A stretch of 64,000 bases of DNA from an uncultured delta proteobacterium (lineage in GTDB: Bacteria > Myxococcota > Myxococcia > Myxococcales > Anaeromyxobacteraceae). Location: NCBI GenBank assembly GCA_963814585.1, contig CAWFDF010000004.1, positions 192,001 through 256,000 of the forward strand, written 5' to 3'. Positions 21,053 to 29,755 of this stretch are shown piece by piece. Every line of letters begins with the position of its first letter. The stretch's first letter is position 1. The translations under genes and the position numbers were made by a program. The notes beneath the pieces are model-generated. The model saw nothing but the letters and a program-made list of their open reading frames with translations, made no database searches and was not told the DNA's origin.

Positions 21053-22360
21053 TCACATGATGAGCTTGCCGAGGATCAGCCCCGCGGTGACCGAGCCGGC
21101 GGTGGCCGCCAGGCCCGGCAGCATGAAGCTGTGGTTGAGGACCCACTTGCCGATGCGGGTGGTGCCGGTGCGGTCGAAGTTGATGGCGGCCACCAGCGTC
21201 GGGTAGTTGGGGATGAAGAAGTAGCCGTTCACGGCCGGGAACATGCCGGCGAGGGCGCTGGCGGGGAGGCCCAGGCTGACGCCGAGCGGCATCAGCGATC
21301 GCACCGTGGCGGCCTGGCTGTAGAGCAGGATCGACATGACGAAGAGCGCCACCGCGAAGAGCCACGGCCGCTGCGTCACCAGCGCCTGCAGGGGCCCCTG
21401 GATCTGGTCCAGGTTGTTCTTGAAGAAGGTGTCGCCCATCCAGGCGATCCCGAAGATGGCGATGACCGCCTGCACGCCGGCGCGGAAGACCGTGCCGTTG
21501 GCCATCTTCTCGACGCTGGCCTGGCAGGTCATCGCCATGAGGGCGGCGATCGAGAGCATCAGCATCTCGATGGCCTGGGCCATGCCGAGGACGCGCGGCT
21601 CGGGGCCGTCGCGCCAGGTGCGCAGCTCCGGGAAGGTCCCGAGCAGCACCACCAGGACCACGCCGATCAGGAAGAGGACCACCGAGAGCTTGGCGCGCCA
21701 GGTGGCCGGGCCGGCGGCGGCCGCCACCGTGGTGTCGGCCAGCCCCCCGGCCAGCCGCCGCTGGTACTCGGCGTCGTCGGCCAGGTCCTTGCCCAGCCGG
21801 CTGGCCACGATCGCCCCCACGCCACAGCCGATCAGCGTGGCCGGGATGCAGACCGCCAGGATGACGCCGAGCGACGGGGCGCCGGGCAGCAACCCGAGCA
21901 GGGCGACGGTGGCCGCCGAGATGGGGCTGGCGGTGATGGCCTGCTGCGAGGCGATCACCGAGATGGAGAGAGGTCGCTCGGGGCGGACCCCCGACTCGCG
22001 GGCCACCTCGGCGATGACCGGGAGGATGGCGTAGGCCACGTGGCCGGTGCCGGCGAAGAGGGTGAAGACGTAGGCCACCATCGGGGCCACGAAGGTGATG
22101 GCGGAGGGGCGGGTGCGCAGCGCCTTGGTGGCCAGGTGGACCAGGAAGTCCATGCCGCCGGCGGCCTGGAGCCCGGCGGCCGCGGTCACCACCGCGGCGA
22201 TCATCAGCATGACGTCGATGGGTGGGTCGGCCGGCGGCGCCCCGAAGACGAAGACCAGGATGGCGGTGCCGAGCCCGCCCATGATGCCGAGGCCGAGGCC
22301 GCCGAGCCGGGCGCCGACCACGATGGCGCCGAGCACGATGGCGAGCTGTAACCAGAGCAC
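21053..22360 (-). CDS. anaerobic C4-dicarboxylate transporter (DcuA/DcuB family)
   Basis: GARLGG, AGTGH, RPERP, ITASPISAA, FGIAW, SQAAT, FDRTGTTRIG, NHSFM; GGGAGG before GTG. Confidence 0.92.
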   Translation of the reverse strand: MLWLQLAIVLGAIVVGARLGGLGLGIMGGLGTAILVFVFGAPPADPPIDVMLMIAAVVTAAAGLQAAGGMDFLVHLATKALRTRPSAITFVAPMVAYVFTLFAGTGHVAYAILPVIAEVARESGVRPERPLSISVIASQQAITASPISAATVALLGLLPGAPSLGVILAVCIPATLIGCGVGAIVASRLGKDLADDAEYQRRLAGGLADTTVAAAAGPATWRAKLSVVLFLIGVVLVVLLGTFPELRTWRDGPEPRVLGMAQAIEMLMLSIAALMAMTCQASVEKMANGTVFRAGVQAVIAIFGIAWMGDTFFKNNLDQIQGPLQALVTQRPWLFAVALFVMSILLYSQAATVRSLMPLGVSLGLPASALAGMFPAVNGYFFIPNYPTLVAAINFDRTGTTRIGKWVLNHSFMLPGLAATAGSVTAGLILGKLIM

Positions 22361-22469
22361 GGTCCCCTCCCGCCGATGACGACGTCCGGGACGCTACTCC
22401 GTCATTCGGGGGATTGGCCGCGGCCCGAAGGGCATGCGACCCCTCGCCGCGACCCGCCCGGGCTCGGGG

Positions 22470-22484
22470 GCAATGGACCTGCCA
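22470..22484 (-). promoter_or_regulatory. sigma54 (-24/-12) promoter of the dcu-aspA-ansB operon
   Basis: Minus strand TGGCAGGTCCATTGC = GG-N10-GC, about 110 bp upstream of the dcu start. Confidence 0.7.
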
Positions 22485-22581
22485 CGTGGAGCGGGCGACT
22501 GGCCGGCGCGCCGGCGCCTCCCCGGGTGGATCCGGTCCCAGGCCGGTGCCGTTGCCCAGGCAGCTTGCCCGGGGAGGGTCT

Positions 22582-23661
22582 TCACTCTCCGATCGCGCCC
22601 GGCTCGTGGTCCAGGTCGGCGATCCAGGAGGTGGTCAGCGTGTAGGCGACGGCGAGGACGGCCGGTCCGATGAAGAGCCCCACCACGCCGAAGCCGACCA
22701 GCCCGCCGATGACGCCGGCGAAGATGAGCAGGAGCGGGAGATCGGCCCCCTTCTTGATGAGGATGGGGCGGAGGATGTTGTCGATGGAGACCACGCCGAG
22801 CCCCCAGATCAGCAGGACCGTGCCCCACACGTTCGAGCCGGTGGCGTAGAGCCAGATCACCGACGGCGCCAGCACCAGCAGCGGCCCGAGCTGGGCGATG
22901 CAGAGCACCATCACGATGGCGGTGAGCAGGCCGGCGTGCGGGATCCCCGCCACCGCCAGCCCCACCCCGGCCAGCGTGGTCTGGACCAGGGCCGTGACCA
23001 CCACGCCCAGGGCGACGGCGCGGACGGCCTTCCCGGCCAGCTCCACCGCCCCCTCGCCCCGCGCTCCCGCCAGCCGGCGGAAGAAGCGGCGGAGCCCGGT
23101 GGCCGCTCCCTCGCCGCTGGAGTAGAGCACCCCGGTGATGATGACGGTGAGCAGGAACTGGACGACGGTCCCGCCGAGGCTGCCGGCTCGGTCGACCACC
23201 CAGCGGAAGGCCTCGCGACCGTAGGGCGCCAGCTGGGCGCTGAGCGCGCCGGGCTCCCTGGCCGACAGCTCGAGCCACTTCGCCTCGAGCTTCGGCCCCG
23301 CGAGCGGGACCGCCTTGAGCCACCCGGGGAGATCCGGCAGGGGCCGATCCAGCCCGCCCTTGACCAGCTCGACCATCCGGTCCGAGTTCTCGACCACCGT
23401 CGAGATGGCCAGGTAGATCGGCACCACCAGGAGGAGGAGCAGCAGCAGCACCATCACGGCGGCGGCCGGTCCGCGCCGGCCCCCGAAGCGGCGCTGGAGC
23501 CAGAGCAGGATCGGCCAGGTGGAGACGGCGATCATGGCGGCCCAGACCAGGGCGAGCACGAAGGGGCGCATCACCCAGGCGGTGCCCAGGATCAGGATCG
23601 CCAAGGCGACCACGGCCAGGGTGACGCGGGGAAGGTCCAGCGGGCGCGGAGAGGTGGTCAT
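22582..23661 (-). CDS. AI-2E family transporter (YdiK-like)
   Basis: Polytopic; IDNILRPILI, GVIGG, FGVVGLFIGP. Confidence 0.88.
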   Translation of the reverse strand: MTTSPRPLDLPRVTLAVVALAILILGTAWVMRPFVLALVWAAMIAVSTWPILLWLQRRFGGRRGPAAAVMVLLLLLLLVVPIYLAISTVVENSDRMVELVKGGLDRPLPDLPGWLKAVPLAGPKLEAKWLELSAREPGALSAQLAPYGREAFRWVVDRAGSLGGTVVQFLLTVIITGVLYSSGEGAATGLRRFFRRLAGARGEGAVELAGKAVRAVALGVVVTALVQTTLAGVGLAVAGIPHAGLLTAIVMVLCIAQLGPLLVLAPSVIWLYATGSNVWGTVLLIWGLGVVSIDNILRPILIKKGADLPLLLIFAGVIGGLVGFGVVGLFIGPAVLAVAYTLTTSWIADLDHEPGAIGE

Positions 23662-23835
23662 GAGCTCGTGGTCCTCGAGGATGGGCACGTCCCGGAAGCC
23701 CGCCCGGACGGACAGGAGCCTGCGGATCTGGCCCCGCATGCTACCCCCGGGAGGGCGGCATTTCCGAGCCGCGGCCGCTCGGGCCCCCAATGGGCGGTCC
23801 CCCCGTCGCGAAGGCGGCGTGGGGGGTCACCGCCC

Positions 23836-24660
23836 TCAGTACTTCTCGGGCACCAGCTTGATCGGGTGGGTCGACTCGGAGTGACGGCCCTTCTTCCGCT
23901 TCGGCAGCTCCACCTTCCTCATCGCCTTGGTCGCGTCCCGGTAGGGGATCCGGGAGAGCAGGTGGTGGATGCAGTTGAGCCGGGCCCGGCGCTTGTCGTC
24001 GGAGCGCACCACGTGCCAGGGGGCCAGCGCGGTGTCGGTGGCGGCGAACATCTCGTCCCGGGCGAGGGTGTAGTCGTCCCAGCGGGTGTAGGACTCGAGG
24101 TCCATGGGCGAGAGCTTCCAGAGCTTGCGCCCGTCGTCGATGCGCGCCTGCAGCCGCCGGGTCTGCTCCTCCATGCTCACCTCGAACCAGTACTTGATGA
24201 GCATGATGCCCGACTCGATCATGGCCTTCTCGACCAGCGGGACCACCTGCAGGAACTTCCGCGCCGCCTCCTCGCTGCAGAAGCCCATGACCCGCTCCAC
24301 GCCGGCGCGGTTGTACCAGCTGCGATCGAAGATCACGATCTCGCCGGCGGCGGGGAAGTGGGCCATGTAGCGCTGCGCGTACATCTGCGACTTCTCGCGC
24401 TCGGTCGGCGCCGGGAGCGCCACCACCCGGAAGACGCGCGGGCTGACCCGCTCGGTGATGGCCTTGATGACGCCGCCCTTGCCGGCGCCGTCGCGCCCCT
24501 CGAAGACCACGCAGACCTTGAGGCCGGTCTTCCTGGCCCACTCCTGGAGCTTGACCAGCTCGACGTGCAGCTTGGCCAGCTCCTTCTCGTAGGCCTTGCG
24601 CTTCAGCGGCCCGGCGCCGGCCTCGGGCCGGCTCTTCTTGCTCGCCTTCGACTCGCCCAT
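23836..24660 (-). CDS. ppk2: polyphosphate kinase 2
   Basis: FEGRDGAGKGG Walker A, FDRSWYNRAGVERVMGF, WKLSPMD; GGAGG RBS. Confidence 0.95.
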   Translation of the reverse strand: MGESKASKKSRPEAGAGPLKRKAYEKELAKLHVELVKLQEWARKTGLKVCVVFEGRDGAGKGGVIKAITERVSPRVFRVVALPAPTEREKSQMYAQRYMAHFPAAGEIVIFDRSWYNRAGVERVMGFCSEEAARKFLQVVPLVEKAMIESGIMLIKYWFEVSMEEQTRRLQARIDDGRKLWKLSPMDLESYTRWDDYTLARDEMFAATDTALAPWHVVRSDDKRRARLNCIHHLLSRIPYRDATKAMRKVELPKRKKGRHSESTHPIKLVPEKY

Positions 24661-24799
24661 CGGGCCTCCCTGGTCCAGGCCTGGATCGGCCCGCCGGCAT
24701 GCTGTCACGTGCTCGAGGCACCGGCCATCCGACCCGTTTGGGTTCGGCGCCGGGGACTTGCCGCCAGGTCCGGGCCGCTCCGCTCGCCGATCGCCCCGC

Positions 24800-25765
24800 T
24801 CAGGGCGTGGCCGCGCGGCCGCCCCAGGTGGCCTGCCCCCACGCCACCGTCTGGCGGGCCGCCTCGTCGCGTGGCGTGGCGATGGCGCCGTGGCGGGCGC
24901 GGAACTTCGCGTCGTCCACCTCGAACGGCTCCTCCCACTGGTAGGCCATCTCGCCGAGCTCGCGGATGATCGGCATGAAGAGGCCGAGCGCCTTGAGGGC
25001 CAGCGGCGGCATCCGCGTCGCCGCGATGGGCCGGCCCAGCGCGGCGGCGTGGCGGTCGATCAGCGCCCGGGTCGGCTCGGCCGGGTGGCAGGGGAGCATG
25101 TAGGTGCCCTCGGCGCCGGAGTCCTGGCCCAGCCTCGCCAGCCCGGCCGCCACGTCCGGGATGAAGTGGTAGGTGTGCCGGGTCTCCAGCGGCACCACCA
25201 TGCTGGCCGACTTGCCCGCCAGCGCCGCCGGCCAGAAGCGGTCGGCGAAGTGGGTGCCGACGCCGCCGGGGCCATAGAAGTCGCTGGCCCGCCCGGTGAC
25301 GGCCCGGACGTCGCCGCGCTGCACCGCCGCCTCCAGCTGCTGGTGCAGGCGGGCCCGGATCTCCCCCTTCCTCGAGCAGGGGTCGAACGGCGTGGCCTCG
25401 TCGAGCTTTCGGCCACCCGGCTTCCCGAGCGCGTAGAGGTTGTCGAGCACCACCAGTCGCGCCCTGGCCTTGCCGGCGGCGGCGACGAGGCCGTCGAGGA
25501 TGGCCGGCAGCTCGGCCTGCCAGGTCCTGGCGAAGTAGGCCACGTTCATGCAGTGGTAGACGGTGGTGGCCCCGCGCGCCGCCTCGGTGGCCGCGGCCGC
25601 GTCGCGGGCGTCGGCCCGGACCGCCTCGACGCCGGGGATGGCGACGGGCGCGTCGGACCGGCGCACCAGCCGGACTCGGTGGCCGGCGGCGGCGAGCTGC
25701 CGGGCGAGGTGTGGACCGACCTGGCCGGCGCCGAAGACGACGTGCAGCTCCTGGGGGGTGGTCAT
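24800..25765 (-). CDS. NAD-dependent epimerase/dehydratase family protein
   Basis: VFGAGQVG Rossmann motif, DNLY, KGEIR, RASDFYGP. Confidence 0.85.
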   Translation of the reverse strand: MTTPQELHVVFGAGQVGPHLARQLAAAGHRVRLVRRSDAPVAIPGVEAVRADARDAAAATEAARGATTVYHCMNVAYFARTWQAELPAILDGLVAAAGKARARLVVLDNLYALGKPGGRKLDEATPFDPCSRKGEIRARLHQQLEAAVQRGDVRAVTGRASDFYGPGGVGTHFADRFWPAALAGKSASMVVPLETRHTYHFIPDVAAGLARLGQDSGAEGTYMLPCHPAEPTRALIDRHAAALGRPIAATRMPPLALKALGLFMPIIRELGEMAYQWEEPFEVDDAKFRARHGAIATPRDEAARQTVAWGQATWGGRAATP

Positions 25766-25840
25766 TGCCGGAGGATAATGGAGGGCCGGCCGACGCGCCG
25801 CGCCCACCACCGGGCGCCAGTACGGCCCGCCGCCCCCCGC

Positions 25841-27274
25841 TCAGCCGTCGACGGGACGGATCGCCTTCCGCACGCCCGGCAGCTGGGGTGTCCCTTCGCC
25901 TTCTTCGGCCTCTCCGGAGGCGTCGCGCTGGAGCTTCTGCCTCGTCTCCGGCTTCACGCGCGCCCCGAGCTTGACCATGTCGCCGGCCCGCTTGAGGACG
26001 TTGCCCCGCCCGGTGGCCAGCTTGGCCCGGGCGTCGGTGAAGCTCGCCTTGGCCTGGTCGAGGCGACTCCCCACATCGTCGAGGACCTCGACGAACGCGG
26101 CGAGCTTGTCGAGCAGGCCGCCGGCCTCCTCGGCGATCTCCTGGGCGTTGGCGTTCTGCGCCTCCGACCTCCAGACGTGCGCCACCAGCTGCAGCGCGGC
26201 CAGCAACGTGGTGGGCGAGCAGATGGCGACGCCAAGCCGGAACGCCTCCTCGTAGAGCCCCGGCTCCCGGATGAGCGCGGCCTGGAAGGCCCCGTCGTTG
26301 GGGATGAACATGAAGACGATGTCGAGCGTCCGCTGTTCCAGCACGCTCGCGTAGTTCTTGCCCTTCAGCTCCTTGAAGTGCCGGCGAACCGACTCCACGT
26401 GCTCGTCCAGCGCCGTCTCACGGGCCTCCTGTTCGGTCGCACGGGTGACGGCCACGAAGGCCGTCAGGCTGCACTTGGCGTCCACCACGATGGCCCGGTT
26501 TCCCGGGAGGTAGACGAGGCAGTCGGGCCGCTTGCGACCTCCCTCCTCGTCCACGTGATTCACCTGCAGCTGGTAGTCACGACCGGCGGTGAGCCCCGCC
26601 GCCTCCAGCAGCCGCTCCAGCACCAGCTCACCCCAGTCGCCCTGCTGCTTGCTGTCCCGGGTGAGCGCCTTGCTCAGCGCCTCGGCGTCCTGGTGGAGCC
26701 TGGCCTGCGTCTCCTGCATCTTCTTCAGCGACTCCAGCAAGGAGACCCGGTCGCGGTTCTCCTGGTCGTAGGTCTTCTCGACCTTGGCCTCGAACTCGCG
26801 CAGCTTCTCGCTGACCGGCTTGAGCAGCGCCTCCAGCCCCTCACGGCTCCGGTCCAGCATGGCCTTCCCCTTCTCGTCGAGGATCCGGTTGGCCAGCTTC
26901 TCGAGTTCGGCCCGGACCTGCTCCCTGGCCTTCTCCGCCGCGGCGATCCGCTCCACCGCGGCACGCCTCTCGGCGTCGAGCTCGGCCACCGTCCGCGCCA
27001 TCGACGCGCTGAGCTCGAGCACCCGAGCCTGCTCCGCGGCGAGCGAGGCCTGGACGTTCGCAGTCTGGCGGCGAGCCTCGGCGACCTGCTCGACGGCGGC
27101 GCGCTGCTGCTCGCGAAGCACGGCGGTCTGCGGCTCGGCCTCGCGCTCGGCGGCGAGCCGCCCCTGGGCGGTCGCCTCCGCGATCCCGAGCCGGCGCAGG
27201 TGGAGCCCCAGGGCCGCCCCTCCGGCGAGCCCCGCCAGCCCGATCACCATCGCCGCCATCACGCCTCCGTCCAT
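25841..27274 (-). CDS. rmuC: DNA recombination protein RmuC
   Basis: N-terminal TM and coiled coil; GDWGELVLERLLE, RPD..VYLP, VDAK, MFIP, SPTTLL, GRGN. Confidence 0.92.
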   Translation of the reverse strand: MDGGVMAAMVIGLAGLAGGAALGLHLRRLGIAEATAQGRLAAEREAEPQTAVLREQQRAAVEQVAEARRQTANVQASLAAEQARVLELSASMARTVAELDAERRAAVERIAAAEKAREQVRAELEKLANRILDEKGKAMLDRSREGLEALLKPVSEKLREFEAKVEKTYDQENRDRVSLLESLKKMQETQARLHQDAEALSKALTRDSKQQGDWGELVLERLLEAAGLTAGRDYQLQVNHVDEEGGRKRPDCLVYLPGNRAIVVDAKCSLTAFVAVTRATEQEARETALDEHVESVRRHFKELKGKNYASVLEQRTLDIVFMFIPNDGAFQAALIREPGLYEEAFRLGVAICSPTTLLAALQLVAHVWRSEAQNANAQEIAEEAGGLLDKLAAFVEVLDDVGSRLDQAKASFTDARAKLATGRGNVLKRAGDMVKLGARVKPETRQKLQRDASGEAEEGEGTPQLPGVRKAIRPVDG

Positions 27275-27394
27275 TCCCGCTCCTTTCGCGGCTCGCTTGC
27301 GCCTGCCTCCCGCACTCTAGCGGGGGGTCGGACATCCGGCGCCACGGCACCCGAGGCGGCGCGGAAGCCGCGCGGCTCGACCCCCCCGAAATCC

Positions 27395-27412
27395 ACTTTG
27401 GGCGCCCAAAGT
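27395..27412. promoter_or_regulatory. perfect 18-bp palindrome between the RES toxin gene and rmuC (operator or hairpin)
   Basis: ACTTTGGGCGCCCAAAGT is self-complementary; flanked by C7 and G7 runs. Confidence 0.5.
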
Positions 27413-27442
27413 TGCGAAGGGGGGGCCACGAATGGGTGCTGG

Positions 27443-28213
27443 CTAGACCGCCGGGGTCGGCAGCTTCCCGCCGACGAGGAACGTGGCTCGCGGGAAGTCG
27501 ACCCGCTCGACGGCGGCGATGCCCTGCCGTCGGTACTCGACGTCCTCCTGCGCCGTGACCGTGCATTGCCAGTTCTGCGCCGGGCCGAGCGGCGCCCTGC
27601 CCGCGAACGCGGCGGGCGTGAAGAGGCCGACACCGACCCCTCCCCTCGGGCAGCGCGCCGAGTGGTAGCGCACCGCCTCGATCCCCGCCTGCCGCATCTC
27701 GCCACCGAGCTGCTGCGCGTCGGCGTAGAAGACCTTCGAGGCAAGCCGCGCCCGGTAGGCGTCGAACGGCGCCAGGGTCAGGTCGATGGCCCGGTCGGTG
27801 GCGACGCCAGCGCGAAACACCGTCACCGCGATGGTGCTGGGGAGCAGCGCTGCCTCGGTGCCGGCGAAGAAGACGCGCCGGTAGTACGCGTACTCGGCCT
27901 GCGCCGTCTCCAGCGCCTCGGCGCCGTACCAGAGGCCTCGATCGTGCCGGGAGCCGAAGCGTGAGCCGTGCCGGAGCGGCGGGTAGCGAAACGGCGTGAA
28001 GAGCAGGTGGTGGAGCCCGGCGAACTCGCGCCCCGGCGGCAGCGACGGCTTCGAGTCGTCGAGGAGTTGCTCGAGCAGGTCGTGCTCCGCCGCCGAGTCG
28101 ACCAGCGCTCGGGTCGAAAGGATGTGCTGCCCCTCGACCACCCGCCAGGCCCGGCACTCGAGCCGGGTGGACCTAGTTCTTCCCGCGCATCGCGTCCAGA
28201 TACTGGGTGACAC
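27443..28213 (-). CDS. RES domain toxin (MbcT/ParT-like NAD+-acting family)
   Basis: WRVVEGQH, TPFRYPP, GSRFG, WYGAE...TAQAE, YHSAR; GTG at 28213 inside the antitoxin 3' end (start inferred). Confidence 0.85.
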   Translation of the reverse strand: MSPSIWTRCAGRTRSTRLECRAWRVVEGQHILSTRALVDSAAEHDLLEQLLDDSKPSLPPGREFAGLHHLLFTPFRYPPLRHGSRFGSRHDRGLWYGAEALETAQAEYAYYRRVFFAGTEAALLPSTIAVTVFRAGVATDRAIDLTLAPFDAYRARLASKVFYADAQQLGGEMRQAGIEAVRYHSARCPRGGVGVGLFTPAAFAGRAPLGPAQNWQCTVTAQEDVEYRRQGIAAVERVDFPRATFLVGGKLPTPAV

Positions 28214-28547
28214 GGACCAGCCCTTCGACGGAGGGGAGGAGGATGGCCGGGACCTGGCCGAGGTGGGCGTTCTCGGCGTGGAGCCACCGGCGGCAGCTCT
28301 CGTGGTCGCCGAGCAGGGCGTCGAGGCTGCGGTACATCCGCAGGAAGAGGATGGCCAGCTGCCCCTCCTTGTCCGCCGGGGCGATGGCCCGGCTCCCGCC
28401 GCCCAGGCGCGAGACCGAGGCGCCGCTGATGCCCAGGATGGCACCGAGCGCGGCGTCGGTCAGGCCGAGCAGGCGGGCGGCCCGCAGCGTCGCCTTGGTC
28501 AGGACGGCGCTCGAGGTGGTGGGGTTGGCGTGGGCGATGGAGCGCAT
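28173..28547 (-). CDS. Xre/MbcA/ParS-type antitoxin
   Basis: HTH LGAILGISGASVSRL, then RMYRSLDALLG...WLHAENAHLGQVP...GLVRVTQYLDAMRG; GGGAGG RBS. Confidence 0.87.
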   Translation of the reverse strand: MRSIAHANPTTSSAVLTKATLRAARLLGLTDAALGAILGISGASVSRLGGGSRAIAPADKEGQLAILFLRMYRSLDALLGDHESCRRWLHAENAHLGQVPAILLPSVEGLVRVTQYLDAMRGKN

Positions 28548-28567
28548 CGGGGCACCTCCCAGCATGC

Positions 28568-28608
28568 TTGCAGCTGAATAGTATGTGCCCGCTCGGTTGC
28601 AGGTGCAA
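28568..28608 (-). promoter_or_regulatory. sigma70-type promoter of the TA operon with palindromic operators
   Basis: Minus strand TTGCAC-17nt-CATACT; TTGCA-GG-TGCAA (28597-28608) over the -35 and TTGCA-GC-TGAAT (28568-28579) at +1. Confidence 0.7.
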
Positions 28609-28631
28609 GTCGGCGTCCCGGGCCGGCCCGG

Positions 28632-29657
28632 TCAGCGCCCCAGCCAGGCCCAGGTGGCGGCCGCCGCCAGGAGCGCCCCGAGCAGCCGCCAGGGCCACGG
28701 GCTCCGGACCGCCGCCAGCTCGGCGCCGGTAAGGGGGATGAGGTCGGCGGTGCCGACCTGCTGGGTGCCGCCCGGGGCGGCGGCCGGCCGCGTCCGCTCC
28801 TCGAGCAGGGCGGTGAGCCGCTTCTCCGGGCGCACCTCGCCGAGCAGCCGGCCGGCGATGGCCTTCAGCTCCCCGGCCAGCATGGCCGAGGTCTCCCAGC
28901 GGCGGTCGGACCGCTGCTCCAGGCAGCGCTCGATGGCCCGCGCCAGCCGGCGTGGGACCGCCGGGGCCAGCTCCCGGACCGGGCGGAGCCGCCCCTTGCG
29001 GATGGCGGCGAAGAGCTCCTGGTAGTCGGGCCCGTCGAAGGGGCGCTTCCCGGTCGCCAGCTCGTAGAGCGTGACGCCCAGCGACCAGAGGTCGCTGCGC
29101 TCGTCCTCGCCGTCGCCGCCCAGCACCTCCGGGGCGATGTAGTAGGGCGTGCCGACCACGGTGCCGGTGCGAGTGAGATCGCTGGCCATCGGATCCTTGA
29201 CGATGCCGAAGTCCATCACCTTGACCGTGCCCTGGCGCGAGATCATCACGTTGCCCGGCTTCAGGTCGCGGTGCAGCAGCGAGTGGGCGTGGATGCACTC
29301 CAGCGCGTCGGCAACCGCCGCCCCGATGGCGGCGACGCAGTCCGGCGGGAGCGGCCCTCCCTGGAGGAGCCGGGAGAGGTCCTCGCCATCGACGAACTCG
29401 GTGACCAGGTAGAGCGCCTCGTCCTTCTCCACGAAGTCGTGGATGGCGATGATGCCGGCGTGGTGGATCTGGGCGTAGGCACGCCCCTCGCGCCGGAAGC
29501 GCTCGGCCAGCTCCTCGGAGCGCGCCGAGGGGGCGTCGAGCTGCTTGACCGCCACCTTCCGGTCGAGCGCCTCCTGGTAGGCCTCGTAGACGACGCTCAT
29601 GCCGCCGCGGCCAATCTCCTTGATCACCCGGGCGGTCCCGACCTTGCGAACGGCCAT
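28632..29657 (-). CDS. Hanks-type serine/threonine protein kinase with C-terminal TM segment
   Basis: IGRGGMSVVY, VAVK, HRDLKPGN, DFG, GTPYYIAPE, DLWSLG. Confidence 0.93.
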   Translation of the reverse strand: MAVRKVGTARVIKEIGRGGMSVVYEAYQEALDRKVAVKQLDAPSARSEELAERFRREGRAYAQIHHAGIIAIHDFVEKDEALYLVTEFVDGEDLSRLLQGGPLPPDCVAAIGAAVADALECIHAHSLLHRDLKPGNVMISRQGTVKVMDFGIVKDPMASDLTRTGTVVGTPYYIAPEVLGGDGEDERSDLWSLGVTLYELATGKRPFDGPDYQELFAAIRKGRLRPVRELAPAVPRRLARAIERCLEQRSDRRWETSAMLAGELKAIAGRLLGEVRPEKRLTALLEERTRPAAAPGGTQQVGTADLIPLTGAELAAVRSPWPWRLLGALLAAAATWAWLGR

Positions 29658-29755
29658 GGCGGGACTCTCTCCCGGGGCGCGGGGGGAGGACAAGGGGACG
29701 ATGTGGGTGCGGCGAGCCCGGCGCCGGGCGCGGACGCCTGGCGCGGCGGCGGCCG

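Noticed and set aside
22361..22581. FNR box upstream of the dcu operon
   Set aside because: No TTGAT-N4-ATCAA match seen
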